A DNA stretch of 64,000 nucleotides. It comes from a bacterium. Lineage in GTDB: Bacteria; Patescibacteriota; Minisyncoccia; Phycocordibacterales; UBA6899. Below the pieces are notes generated by a model. It searched no databases. It was given only the letters and a program-made list of their open reading frames with translations, and was not told the origin of the DNA. Each line of letters opens with the position of its first letter. The stretch's first letter is position 1. The stretch spans positions 71,338 through 135,337 of the forward strand of contig JAJZQJ010000001.1 of assembly GCA_021851895.1 (NCBI GenBank). Direction: 5' to 3'. A program made the translations under genes and the position numbers. Positions 20,594-30,243 of the stretch are shown in pieces.

Positions 20594-22399
20594 TTAATCC
20601 ATATCGGAGCGGATCATCTTCACAAATACATCGGGAGGAATATGCACGTTTGCTGATTCCTGCATCTTCTTCTTTCCCTTCTTTTGTTTTTCGAGGAGTT
20701 TCATCTTTCGAGTGATATCACCACCATAAAGATACCCGGTGACATCCTTACGAAACGCAGAGAGTTCCTTCGAAGCAACGATACGCCCCATCGCACGTGC
20801 CTGTATCTTGATCTTGACCTGCTGTCGGGGAAGCACTTTATAGAGCTTCTCCACTGCCGCGTCAGCATCATCTTGCATGCGACGGCGAGAGACAACGCGA
20901 GCAAATGCAGGTACCGGATCCCCGCCGACAAGCAAGTCCATGCGAACAACATCCGCGTCGCGCATTCCTGCAATATCATAAGAAAGTGACGCGTAGCCTG
21001 ATGACACTGATTTCAGCCGATCGAAAAATCCTCTCATCAATTCACGTAACGGCATCACAAATTTTATCTGGAAACGATTGTCTCCAAATATGTCTGAGTC
21101 TCCAGTTTCAGCCTCGTGCTCGAATAAAAGCTGTGATACAGGACCAACATAATCAGGAGGCGTAATGATCGAACCATCGATCCACGGCTCACGTATCTTC
21201 TCAATATCCGCATCATCTGGAAAGAGTGCGGCAGAATAGACGATTAGCGGATCTTCCTTCTTGCGCAATTTCACCTCATAGGTGATCGACGGTGTTGTCA
21301 CGACCAAAGCGAGCTGGTGCTCACGACGAAGCCTCTCGGTAACGATTTCCAAGTGCAGCATGCCGAGACACCCACAACGGAATCCGCGTCCTAATGTCCC
21401 CGATGCCTCCTCCTCATAGGTAAGCGCGGAATCCGAGAGCTGAAGACGCTGTAGTGCTTGTCGTAATACATCGAGATCATCCTGGCTCTCAGGGAAAACA
21501 GACGCCCAGACAACAGGTCGCGGCTTCGCATAACCCGGCAACGCTGGTAATGGCTGTTTCGTGAGCGTGACCGTATCACCAACCCCCGCCACACCAGGAC
21601 GCTTGATACCTGTGACAATGTAGCCGATCTCACCTGCAAGTATTTCAGATGCGGGAGTTTGTGCAGGTAAAAAGTGCCCCACTTCGATACCGAAGAATTT
21701 CTCTCCTGCGGCAATGAACGATAATTCCGCACCCTTAGTGATCTTTCCATCCAAAACACGCACATAGAGTATGACTCCGCGATGATTCGAGTACGCGAAA
21801 TCAAAGATAAGCGCTCGCGCGCCAGGCCTTCCCTCGAACTCTTCCTCTGGGGACGGCACTCGATCGACAATAGCATCGAGTAACTCGGGAACACCTGCAC
21901 CGGTCTTACCAGACACCTTGAGTATTGAAGATGGGTCACAGTCGAGCAACTGCACAACCTCATCAACGACCTCAGGTATATCAGCGAGAGGAGAATCGAT
22001 CTTCGAAAGAACAGGTATGATCGTGAGCCCCTGCTCTTTTGCCATAGCAAGCACAGAGAGTGTCTGCGCTTGCACACCCTGCGTTGCATCAACAAGCAAA
22101 ATACAACCCTCGACGGCCTTTTGCGCGCGAGAGACCTCATAGGAAAAATCTATGTGTCCGGGAGTATCGATCAGATTAAGCACGTAATCCTCACCACCCT
22201 TTGTATAGTGCATGCGCACGGGGGTCATTTTTATGGTGATGCCGCGTTCACGCTCGAGATCCATTGAGTCGAGCACCTGAGCCTGCATCTCTCGTGCGCT
22301 GACGGTACGCGTGATCTCAAGCATGCGATCGGAAAGGGTCGATTTACCGTGATCGATATGTGCGATAATACTGAAATTGCGAATATGAGACTTCGACAT
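20594..22399 (-). CDS. lepA: Elongation factor 4 (LepA)
   Basis: IRNFSIIAHIDHGKSTLSDR, GFRCGCLGMLH, YGGDITRKMKLLEKQKKGKKKM. Confidence 0.97.
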   Translation of the reverse strand: MSKSHIRNFSIIAHIDHGKSTLSDRMLEITRTVSAREMQAQVLDSMDLERERGITIKMTPVRMHYTKGGEDYVLNLIDTPGHIDFSYEVSRAQKAVEGCILLVDATQGVQAQTLSVLAMAKEQGLTIIPVLSKIDSPLADIPEVVDEVVQLLDCDPSSILKVSGKTGAGVPELLDAIVDRVPSPEEEFEGRPGARALIFDFAYSNHRGVILYVRVLDGKITKGAELSFIAAGEKFFGIEVGHFLPAQTPASEILAGEIGYIVTGIKRPGVAGVGDTVTLTKQPLPALPGYAKPRPVVWASVFPESQDDLDVLRQALQRLQLSDSALTYEEEASGTLGRGFRCGCLGMLHLEIVTERLRREHQLALVVTTPSITYEVKLRKKEDPLIVYSAALFPDDADIEKIREPWIDGSIITPPDYVGPVSQLLFEHEAETGDSDIFGDNRFQIKFVMPLRELMRGFFDRLKSVSSGYASLSYDIAGMRDADVVRMDLLVGGDPVPAFARVVSRRRMQDDADAAVEKLYKVLPRQQVKIKIQARAMGRIVASKELSAFRKDVTGYLYGGDITRKMKLLEKQKKGKKKMQESANVHIPPDVFVKMIRSDMD

Positions 22400-22427
22400 A
22401 AGTAATGAGCGCATACTAGCATAGAAT

Positions 22428-22576
22428 TAGTCATAAGTCATGAGACATGAGTTCTTGATGCAAGTCATGAGTCATGGGTCATAAGTCATGAGAAAATTCG
22501 TAAACAAATACACACAATGCTTGGCATTGTGTGTATTTTGAGCGGTCTCATGACTCCTGCTCATGACTCATGACTG
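22428..22576. repeat. Inverted heptamer arrays (GTCATGA / TCATGAC) around a hairpin, between murJ and lepA
   Basis: gtcataa gtcatga...gtcatga gtcatgg gtcataa gtcatga; core aaatacacacaatgc-ttg-gcattgtgtgtattt; right arm tcatgac x3. Confidence 0.8.
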
Positions 22577-24253
22577 TTATTGTATCACTGTTTCTGTTTC
22601 CACTGCGATCGGCTTCTGCTTCCAGAACTTACGATGAAGTGCCGTCTTCGTCTCCTTATATTCCTCATTATCAAGGATGCTAAAGAAGAAGACACCCACT
22701 ATGATCGCCAAACCACCGCTTACCAATCCTTGCCCGAAGATACCGAGCAATGTCTTCTGGTCGAAATAGGAAACTGAAAATTGAAGCATGTGATATGCAA
22801 CAAATCCCATGATCACTGCTATCGAGAAGCTCTGAATGAATGCACGGCGCATGCCTATCCAAACCCTATCAACGATCTTATGCAACGCGATCAGTAACAT
22901 GCTGACATTGAAGATCATTCCGAGCGAGTATGCCAACGGCAACATCAATACGCTTGTCCCATATATCCCGTCGACACGAAGAATGGTCTCGATGAAATAT
23001 CGAAATGTCAGACTATGACCAAATACCCAAGTAAGACCATATGCAAGTGCGATAATGAGGCCACCCGAGAATGCATTGATCGAGAGCGGCACTTTCGAAT
23101 TCCCCGCAGCATAGAAAGCACGAGTAAATAAAGAGACGAGTGACTGTGCCACAACAGATATGACAAAGAGCGCAAGCGCAGCCGCTACAAGACGTGTGGC
23201 GCTCCAATCGAAACGACCTGTTCCCAGGATCACACGAACGATCTGTGCGCGCAAGACGACGAAAAGCGCAGTGATCGGGAGAGACCAGAAGATGATATGA
23301 CGAGCTGCACTCAATAGATGTGTTCGAAAGTGATGGTATTCCTGATCTGCCCAGAACTTGGCGAATGTTGGGAATGCAGCAACAGAATAACTCGAACCGA
23401 TGATCGTGAATGTGATACTCTGCAATGTCATACCGAACGTGAAGACAGCAACGCCACCTTCGACGTGCGATGCAATTCCGATGATGGCGATCGTCGCAAG
23501 GTGCGACGAGGTCAAGGCGATCGTTCTCGGCACCGAAGTCAACAATACGCGCCTCACGTCTTTGAGGTGACCAAAGAAAACACTAGGAACCAACCGCTCT
23601 CGAATGAGTACCGGAAGCATGATGAGGTCCTGCAGTAATGCCCCAAATACCACACCCCAAGCGATACCATATATACCGAAATAAGGATAGAGAAAAATGA
23701 TACCGAAAATGATGCCCAGATTATAAATTGCAGGGCTTATCGCATAGACAAAGAAGCGCTGCAATGACTGTGTGAGGGCACCGTAAAGATTCGACATTCC
23801 TTGGAATATCGGTGAGAGCAAGAGTATACGCGCGACCTGAATATTCATCGCCTGTTCAACGGGACTAAAACCAGGGACAAGCCAGGGCACGATCTTTGGC
23901 ATGAAAATGAAGGCAAGCGCACAAATGACAAAGAAGGCTGAAATGAACGCAGTAAACATAGCGCTCATAAATCGACGCAGCTCGCCATTACCTTTTTTCG
24001 CATATTCTGCAATGAATGGAATGAGCACCGTGATGGCAACCGCGGAACCCAAAGTATCATAGAGAAAATCAGGAACACGAAAAGCGGAATAGTAGATATC
24101 AAGCTGCGCGCTCGCTCCAAAATGAGACGCCAGCAATCGATCTCGAACAAACCCAAGCAACTGTGCAACCAGGGCCATAGAACCCAAAAGCAGGGCAGCC
24201 TCATGAAGGCTTCCCCACTCCTTGTGCAATAGATTAATTATTCGTCGTACCAT
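22577..24253 (-). CDS. murJ: Lipid II flippase MurJ (MviN)
   Basis: LLGFVRDRLLASHFGA, AFRVPDF, many TM helices, RAFYA motif. Confidence 0.92.
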   Translation of the reverse strand: MVRRIINLLHKEWGSLHEAALLLGSMALVAQLLGFVRDRLLASHFGASAQLDIYYSAFRVPDFLYDTLGSAVAITVLIPFIAEYAKKGNGELRRFMSAMFTAFISAFFVICALAFIFMPKIVPWLVPGFSPVEQAMNIQVARILLLSPIFQGMSNLYGALTQSLQRFFVYAISPAIYNLGIIFGIIFLYPYFGIYGIAWGVVFGALLQDLIMLPVLIRERLVPSVFFGHLKDVRRVLLTSVPRTIALTSSHLATIAIIGIASHVEGGVAVFTFGMTLQSITFTIIGSSYSVAAFPTFAKFWADQEYHHFRTHLLSAARHIIFWSLPITALFVVLRAQIVRVILGTGRFDWSATRLVAAALALFVISVVAQSLVSLFTRAFYAAGNSKVPLSINAFSGGLIIALAYGLTWVFGHSLTFRYFIETILRVDGIYGTSVLMLPLAYSLGMIFNVSMLLIALHKIVDRVWIGMRRAFIQSFSIAVIMGFVAYHMLQFSVSYFDQKTLLGIFGQGLVSGGLAIIVGVFFFSILDNEEYKETKTALHRKFWKQKPIAVETETVIQ

Positions 24254-26624
24254 ACGGGTCTTCTATGAAAGGGTCGGTTCCTTGTTCTATAGCATTAATG
24301 ATCTGAACAAGCAACTCTCTCCCCGGATCCACTTTTTTGACTATCTTGAATTGTGCGAGGGCCATATCTCTCTCTCCTGCACGGAAAAGAGATGCTGCCA
24401 GATAGAAACGAGCATCAACATTGCGTGGATCCCCACGAAGCGCTGCTGCGAATGTGCGTGCAGCATATGCAAAAGAGCGCTCATCGTAATATATCTTCCC
24501 TAATGTGAAAGCTGCGAATACATTTTGTGGGTCAAACTCAAGGGCACGGATAAGCAACACTCGAGCTTCATCGACATTGTTCTCTTTGAGTAAACTGCGC
24601 ACCTCGGCGGAAAGTGCACCCTGATGATTCGGCTCCAAACTGAGTGCACGATTGAACCATTCCTTTGCCTTTGATTCGTTACCATCAGCAAATTCAATAC
24701 GACCAAGATCGGTCATGATATCCGGAGAGTTCGGATCTCTAAGCAACGCTGCAGTATACGCATCCACTGCAAGTGCGCGTGCGCTCGGAACACCGAATGC
24801 AGCGATAGACTCGTATACTGCTCCGCGCTGAACATAATTCCGTGCATCCGTAGGATCGAGCTTGATAGCTTCATCAGCGGCAATTTTTGCAACCTCAAGT
24901 ATTGCTGCAATGCCATTTTTCGTGCGCGTATCTAATACTGAACCGCCATGAACAGAACTCCCGATTTCTAAGAGTGCGAGGGCAGATACGTCACGTGCAT
25001 ACAGTGGTGTCGGGAAACGCTTATATGCAAAACCAAGATCGAGCTGTGCCGACTTAATATCGCCGCGAGACAACGCCTCCTGACCATGAATATAATCAAA
25101 ATATGCAAAGGTCTCTCTCCATAACATCGTCGCAATAACGATGAGCGCGATGAGTTTTATGATGGCAATTAGAACAAAAATATGATCATTTTGTCCCCTC
25201 AGTGAGCCGACATGTATGTCCTCGAGCAATCCTGCTGAACGAAGTGAGCCGATCGATCCTCCGATCATTACAAAGGAAAGTACAATAACCGATACTCCAG
25301 GGACGCTACATATTACGAAAAATAAAAGGTATATGCCAAGAAGCGTGAAGGCTATCACCTCATACCCCTCTGCGCGAGGAAGAGTGAGTGCACGCTTAAG
25401 ATAACGTAACAAACCAAGAACAGAGAATACAAAAAGTAGAATAACGAGCGCACCTACGATTCCAGTCGTCACGAAGAAGGTTGGAAGGTAACCAAATCCC
25501 ATGTCGTAGACGGGAACAGTACGCAATCCAGCATCGCGAAGACGCATGAATTCTACAGCATAGCGATTGGGCCCTATGCCAAATAATGGCGACTGCATGA
25601 AAACCGATCGCGCAAACAAAAACGTCGACGTTGGAGTTGAAGTGAGCGCATCAAACTTCTCGATCCGTGTCACATTTCGCGCAAGATCGACAACGGTCGT
25701 ATGACCGACCCGCAAGTGTCCAAGCCCAAATGCAAACGAAATGAAGAGCAGAAAACCGATCAATGCGGAACGCGACACACTTGCAAGCGCCACCATGAAT
25801 GCACGAGTATGCTTACGGGGATCGTGTACGCGAAGAGAGACGGAAATGATGTCACTCATTGTCACGAAGAGGAAAATCCCAGAGAATAATCCGAGTACGA
25901 TCCACAACAGGAAAGAATCGATGGCGATAAGCACCGGAAGCACGAATATGAGCGCCACCATTGACCATATACGCAATTGTTTCTTTTCGGCGAAAAAGTA
26001 TGGCGCAATGAAGGAAAGCAGCGCCACGCCACCCGAAAGCACCCCAAGATCAAGAGGACTCTCGACGGAGACGATTTGCGTCAATGTGTATGTCGGTAAA
26101 ATGAAATGTAGAATCTGATAAGCAATAAGAACAAATACAGAAACTATAAATGACCTCCTCAATAGCTTAAGCCGGGAAGGAGTGAAGAACAACAAAGCGG
26201 ACAGCAAAAGTGCAGCAAATACGAGAACGACGATCATCGCAGTATCCATCTCGCTCCCGATGCCAAAAAATGAGACTCTTGGAACAGGAGAGAAAGCAGC
26301 TGCGAGCACGAAGAACACTGCTCCCAACCACGAGAAAAGAAATACGAAGCTCTTCGGCAATGAAAAACTACGCTCCCTCAAATAGGAAAACAAGACAATA
26401 AATGAAGACAATATTACTAGCGACTCAAAAGTGATCAATTTCACTTGATGAATACGCGCCAAAGAACCTGATGACCCAACGATCGGCAACAGAAATACAA
26501 GTGCGAGGAGTATGACCGAGGCCAGACGCACATTGAAAATCCACTGTGGAAATATAATGCGTAAAAGACCGGCAATTCCACCGTTACGTCGGTCACCGCT
26601 CACATTGTTCATATCTGAGCCCAT
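24234..26624 (-). CDS. Multi-TM O-antigen-ligase/O-oligosaccharyltransferase-like protein with C-terminal TPR repeats
   Basis: About 12 TM segments, PLFGIGPNRY loop motif typical of Wzy_C-like proteins, TPR-like repeats (AIKLDPTDA, ALLRDPNSP, ALSLEPNH, ALEFDPQN). Confidence 0.7.
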   Translation of the reverse strand: MGSDMNNVSGDRRNGGIAGLLRIIFPQWIFNVRLASVILLALVFLLPIVGSSGSLARIHQVKLITFESLVILSSFIVLFSYLRERSFSLPKSFVFLFSWLGAVFFVLAAAFSPVPRVSFFGIGSEMDTAMIVVLVFAALLLSALLFFTPSRLKLLRRSFIVSVFVLIAYQILHFILPTYTLTQIVSVESPLDLGVLSGGVALLSFIAPYFFAEKKQLRIWSMVALIFVLPVLIAIDSFLLWIVLGLFSGIFLFVTMSDIISVSLRVHDPRKHTRAFMVALASVSRSALIGFLLFISFAFGLGHLRVGHTTVVDLARNVTRIEKFDALTSTPTSTFLFARSVFMQSPLFGIGPNRYAVEFMRLRDAGLRTVPVYDMGFGYLPTFFVTTGIVGALVILLFVFSVLGLLRYLKRALTLPRAEGYEVIAFTLLGIYLLFFVICSVPGVSVIVLSFVMIGGSIGSLRSAGLLEDIHVGSLRGQNDHIFVLIAIIKLIALIVIATMLWRETFAYFDYIHGQEALSRGDIKSAQLDLGFAYKRFPTPLYARDVSALALLEIGSSVHGGSVLDTRTKNGIAAILEVAKIAADEAIKLDPTDARNYVQRGAVYESIAAFGVPSARALAVDAYTAALLRDPNSPDIMTDLGRIEFADGNESKAKEWFNRALSLEPNHQGALSAEVRSLLKENNVDEARVLLIRALEFDPQNVFAAFTLGKIYYDERSFAYAARTFAAALRGDPRNVDARFYLAASLFRAGERDMALAQFKIVKKVDPGRELLVQIINAIEQGTDPFIEDPYGTTNN

Positions 26625-26732
26625 AGTTCACAAGAGTTAAATAACATTCGAATTATAGCACAGACCGAATGTACGAGGGCGACAGAATTGTTACTTAAGA
26701 TAATAAAAATGCCGCCGAAGCGACATTCCTAT

Positions 26733-27069
26733 TGTCATCTGATAAGCCGAATTCTGTTCCGACGATAGTCGGTGACGATCATTTTTCTCCGATATGCATT
26801 ACTGCAGACCTCTAGCGGCACTCTCTACGGTTTCCCGCAAAGCACGGCCTTGCATGGAAGTAAGGGTTTAGCCGTTTCACCCACAAGGTTACCCTTATGG
26901 CTCACCCCAGTAAAGGGGGCTCGAATTCTTTCGTTTTCGAGCGTCTCTGCTCGCACCTCGCGCATTACTGCGGACGGGAATTACCCGCTACCCTGCTGCA
27001 CACATCTTTCGATGTAGCCCATGTTCGGACTTTCCTCCCCTCTTTCAAGGAGCGATCGTCTGGATGGCA
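26733..27069 (-). ncRNA. rnpB: RNase P RNA
   Basis: Minus strand GAGGAAAGUCC near the 5' end and ACAGAAUUCGGCUUA near the 3' end; terminal P1 pairing gccatc/gatgac. Confidence 0.93.
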
Positions 27070-27163
27070 CACTGATTATGTCACAAAATCGAAATATTGA
27101 CAAGTGCAAAAAAGAGATGTAGTATTTTCTTGGCAACCTTGCCCTTTCAATAGGAGCTCTCTC

Positions 27164-27535
27164 ATGAGCGCGATCACCATCAAACGCCTGAATCCCTACA
27201 CGGAGACGCTTTGCGGACTCCACTGGGGAGTCGGTGCTGGCATTATCCTTGCGGCGTGCTTCGGCATGACGCAGGACATGCTTTCCACCATCAACGTGCA
27301 CATCTACTGCCACCAGTACACTGGTGCGATCGTCGGTGCGATCGTCGTCGCACTCTATGCGCTCCTTAGCCGTGAGGTGCGCACGCTATTCACGATCACC
27401 ACGCTCATCTCGACGGCTCTCTGCTTCTCGATGGTGCAACATCAAATCAATGACGTGCTCACGATCTGCAGCATCATCGCGGCCATCCTGCTCGTCTACG
27501 GGACATGCATCATGGTTGAAAGAAACTGGCACTAA
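27164..27535 (+). CDS. Hypothetical 4-TM membrane protein (orphan, SD-led)
   Basis: TTGACA-17-TAGTAT promoter, AGGAG 7 nt before ATG, downstream GC hairpin and T tract. Confidence 0.72.
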   Translation: MSAITIKRLNPYTETLCGLHWGVGAGIILAACFGMTQDMLSTINVHIYCHQYTGAIVGAIVVALYALLSREVRTLFTITTLISTALCFSMVQHQINDVLTICSIIAAILLVYGTCIMVERNWH

Positions 27536-27566
27536 AGAACGGCGCCCCAGCATGGGGCGCCTTTTT

Positions 27567-28025
27567 CTATGAACAGCTAAATACCAAACGATCGCCGATA
27601 TGAACTGGACTCCTCCTTCCGTCGAATGCGGGAATTTCAAGTACACGCTCTACGGGCACTTGAGAAGAAAACGTATTCGGATATGACTCTGGAGTTGCGT
27701 GCTCTGCGATACCTACGACATTCCAGTCCTTATCTACCCATATGATGTCTAGGGAGAACAACATGTCTTTCATCCAAAATATCCGTACCGATGGCGAAGG
27801 AAACAAGAATAGCATTCCTTCGTCCGGGGAAAGCGGCGCATGCCCGGAAAGCCCATGCGACCACTCTGATTGTGTAGTAGCAAGAGAGACTCGAAAAGTA
27901 GTAGTACTACCACTGATTTTCACAACCCCATTTTTACACCTTGTTGACGAGAAATAACCAGATATGAAAAAAAATATGATGACCATCGCGAACACTGGAC
28001 CAACAAAAACGAGAAGTCTTCTCAT
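27567..28025 (-). CDS. DUF192 family protein
   Basis: GLSG, EGMLFLF, FWMKDMLFSLDIIW, VLEI motifs; N-terminal TM. Confidence 0.88.
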   Translation of the reverse strand: MRRLLVFVGPVFAMVIIFFFISGYFSSTRCKNGVVKISGSTTTFRVSLATTQSEWSHGLSGHAPLSPDEGMLFLFPSPSVRIFWMKDMLFSLDIIWVDKDWNVVGIAEHATPESYPNTFSSQVPVERVLEIPAFDGRRSPVHIGDRLVFSCS

Positions 28026-28266
28026 AGGGAGAGTATAGCATGTAGACGATACAGTTCATGAAACTAAATTCCTACTTATCTCATAGGGATTTAAAAGGAC
28101 CGGCGAGGGCCAGTCCTTCCCACAGTTTCCACGATGTATCGGAACATGACTTGTTCCTGTACCCATACTACCCCCTTAAGCACTTCATGCAATTGTGGAT
28201 AACACACAACCACACACTTTGCCTATACTGTCGAACGATAGTAAGTACTCATGTTGCAGGTCATTA

Positions 28267-28662
28267 TCATTGCGCTGTGCGCGAGAGCACTGCACGCACG
28301 CGTTGCAGAACATCATCCATGGTCCAAGCGGCCTTCACAAGAAAATCCACTGCACCATTTTCGAGTGACTGTTGACTTGCACTTTCATCGCTAAGGTTGG
28401 TGAGTATGATCACCTTTGCATTCTTGCCCCACTCGTCGACACGCATCTTCTTGAGCATAGTAAGGCCGTCCATGACAGGCATGATGATGTCGAGCAAAAT
28501 AAGATCGGGGTGATCGCGCAAAGCAAGCTGCAATCCCTCCTCACCATCGCGCGCCTCTCTGATCTCAAAACCTGACGCTGAAAGTTTCCGCGCAAGCGCC
28601 TTTCGCAATGGGGTCTCATCCTCGACGATGAGCACAGTTGGAATTGTTTGTTGTTCCATCAT
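28267..28662 (-). CDS. Single-domain response regulator (receiver)
   Basis: VLIVEDE, PDLILLDIIMPVMDG, ILTN, FLVK. Confidence 0.92.
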   Translation of the reverse strand: MMEQQTIPTVLIVEDETPLRKALARKLSASGFEIREARDGEEGLQLALRDHPDLILLDIIMPVMDGLTMLKKMRVDEWGKNAKVIILTNLSDESASQQSLENGAVDFLVKAAWTMDDVLQRVRAVLSRTAQ

Positions 28663-28725
28663 AGTGAAGTTATGCGCCACAATTTTGGCTACGAACGCGC
28701 TGTTTACTTAATATTATCATACTAA

Positions 28726-30234
28726 TTATATATTTTTGCAAGTGAACGGAAGGATAATGTCGAAACGCGTACCACCAGTCTCGATCTTTTTGAATGTTAT
28801 CTTTCCTCCTGCCTTCTCGAGAAGTGACCGAACGATCGAGAGACCTAGTCCCGACCCGCTCGAATCAACATCGCGTGCATTCGTTGCTCGATAGAATCGC
28901 GAAAATATCCTACTTGACTCATCATCAGGAATACCAATGCCATTATCTTCGACATACACGTGCGCACTCTTATCCTCTTCATGCGACTCAATGCCAACTT
29001 TTATCAGGCCACCATCTCCGGTATATTTGACCGCGTTCGACAGAAGATTCTGCATCACCACCTGACCAAGTTTTGGCTCTCCATAAATAAGCGGGGTATT
29101 CAAATCGTAACTCTTCTCGATCGTCTGATGTTTTGTATGCGCAAGTGCCATAGTATCGCGAATGGCAATATCAGCGACCTGTACAATATCAAACATCGTG
29201 CCCTCACTCTTAAAGGTACCGAGCTCTATACGCGATGCATTCAAAAGCGTATCAATGAGCTTCGACATCCTCGCGCTACTTTCCTTGATCTGTGTTATAA
29301 ATCCCCTTTGGTCCTCAGTAAGATGTTCCATATCTTCTGGCGCGTTCAATAATTCGACGTACCAATTAATGATAGAGATCGGAGTACGCAACTGGTGTGA
29401 TGCAAGCGACACGAAATCCGACTTCTCGCGCTCAACCTCTTTCATGTCCGTAATGTCGAGCAACGTCGATATGACATAAAGCAATCTATTATTCGCATCA
29501 AGCACAGGCACACTCGTCATTCTGAAGGCAGCCATGCGCATATCTGGATAACGGAAATAGATATCACTGCGAGTTTCAAGAATTTTCGTTTTCTGAACTA
29601 CGACATTCGGCAATTCCTCGAAAGGATAAGGACTACTGTCTAATTTACAAAATGATGATATACCACTGCGCATGAGTGTATTCTTCCCTATCAATTGTGC
29701 TGCGCGCTCATTCATACGCATGATCTCGAAATCTGGCTCCTTCTGCAAAAATACTCCTAGGGGCAAGTGATCAACGAGCAGACGCAAAATCTCAGCATCG
29801 TGACCGAGTACTGCATATTGCCCATGCAGAGACCCCGAAAGCTGGTCATATGATGTTTTAAGTCGCTTGATCGCATCGACATAGGAGCGCACCATAACCG
29901 ATAGCTCATCATCGTCATCCGTCTCGACGAGATCTCCAATGTCACCCCCTTTGACCTTCTCCGCTGCGATCTTGTAGCGATCTATCGGGGAGAGAAAGAC
30001 ATAGTGAATATATCCGATGAGTAAAAGCACTGATATGACGAACGAGGCAAAAACAATTGGAGCAAGTACGCTCGCGATAGAAAAACCAGGAAAAAGCGCA
30101 AGTATCTGACTAACTTCCCATATCGGTCGATCGGTCACTTGTGCGGCATAAAGAAGCACCGAGCCAATGAGCACGATTCCCTGGAAAACTCCTATGACCG
30201 CAGAGGCGGTTATGATCTTCGAACGAATTGACAT
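28726..30234 (-). CDS. Sensor histidine kinase (TM-HAMP-PAS-HisKA-HATPase)
   Basis: ASHQLRTP, NLLSNAVKY, DNGIGI, GSGLGL. Confidence 0.92.
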   Translation of the reverse strand: MSIRSKIITASAVIGVFQGIVLIGSVLLYAAQVTDRPIWEVSQILALFPGFSIASVLAPIVFASFVISVLLLIGYIHYVFLSPIDRYKIAAEKVKGGDIGDLVETDDDDELSVMVRSYVDAIKRLKTSYDQLSGSLHGQYAVLGHDAEILRLLVDHLPLGVFLQKEPDFEIMRMNERAAQLIGKNTLMRSGISSFCKLDSSPYPFEELPNVVVQKTKILETRSDIYFRYPDMRMAAFRMTSVPVLDANNRLLYVISTLLDITDMKEVEREKSDFVSLASHQLRTPISIINWYVELLNAPEDMEHLTEDQRGFITQIKESSARMSKLIDTLLNASRIELGTFKSEGTMFDIVQVADIAIRDTMALAHTKHQTIEKSYDLNTPLIYGEPKLGQVVMQNLLSNAVKYTGDGGLIKVGIESHEEDKSAHVYVEDNGIGIPDDESSRIFSRFYRATNARDVDSSGSGLGLSIVRSLLEKAGGKITFKKIETGGTRFDIILPFTCKNI

Positions 30235-30243
30235 AAAGTTTTC

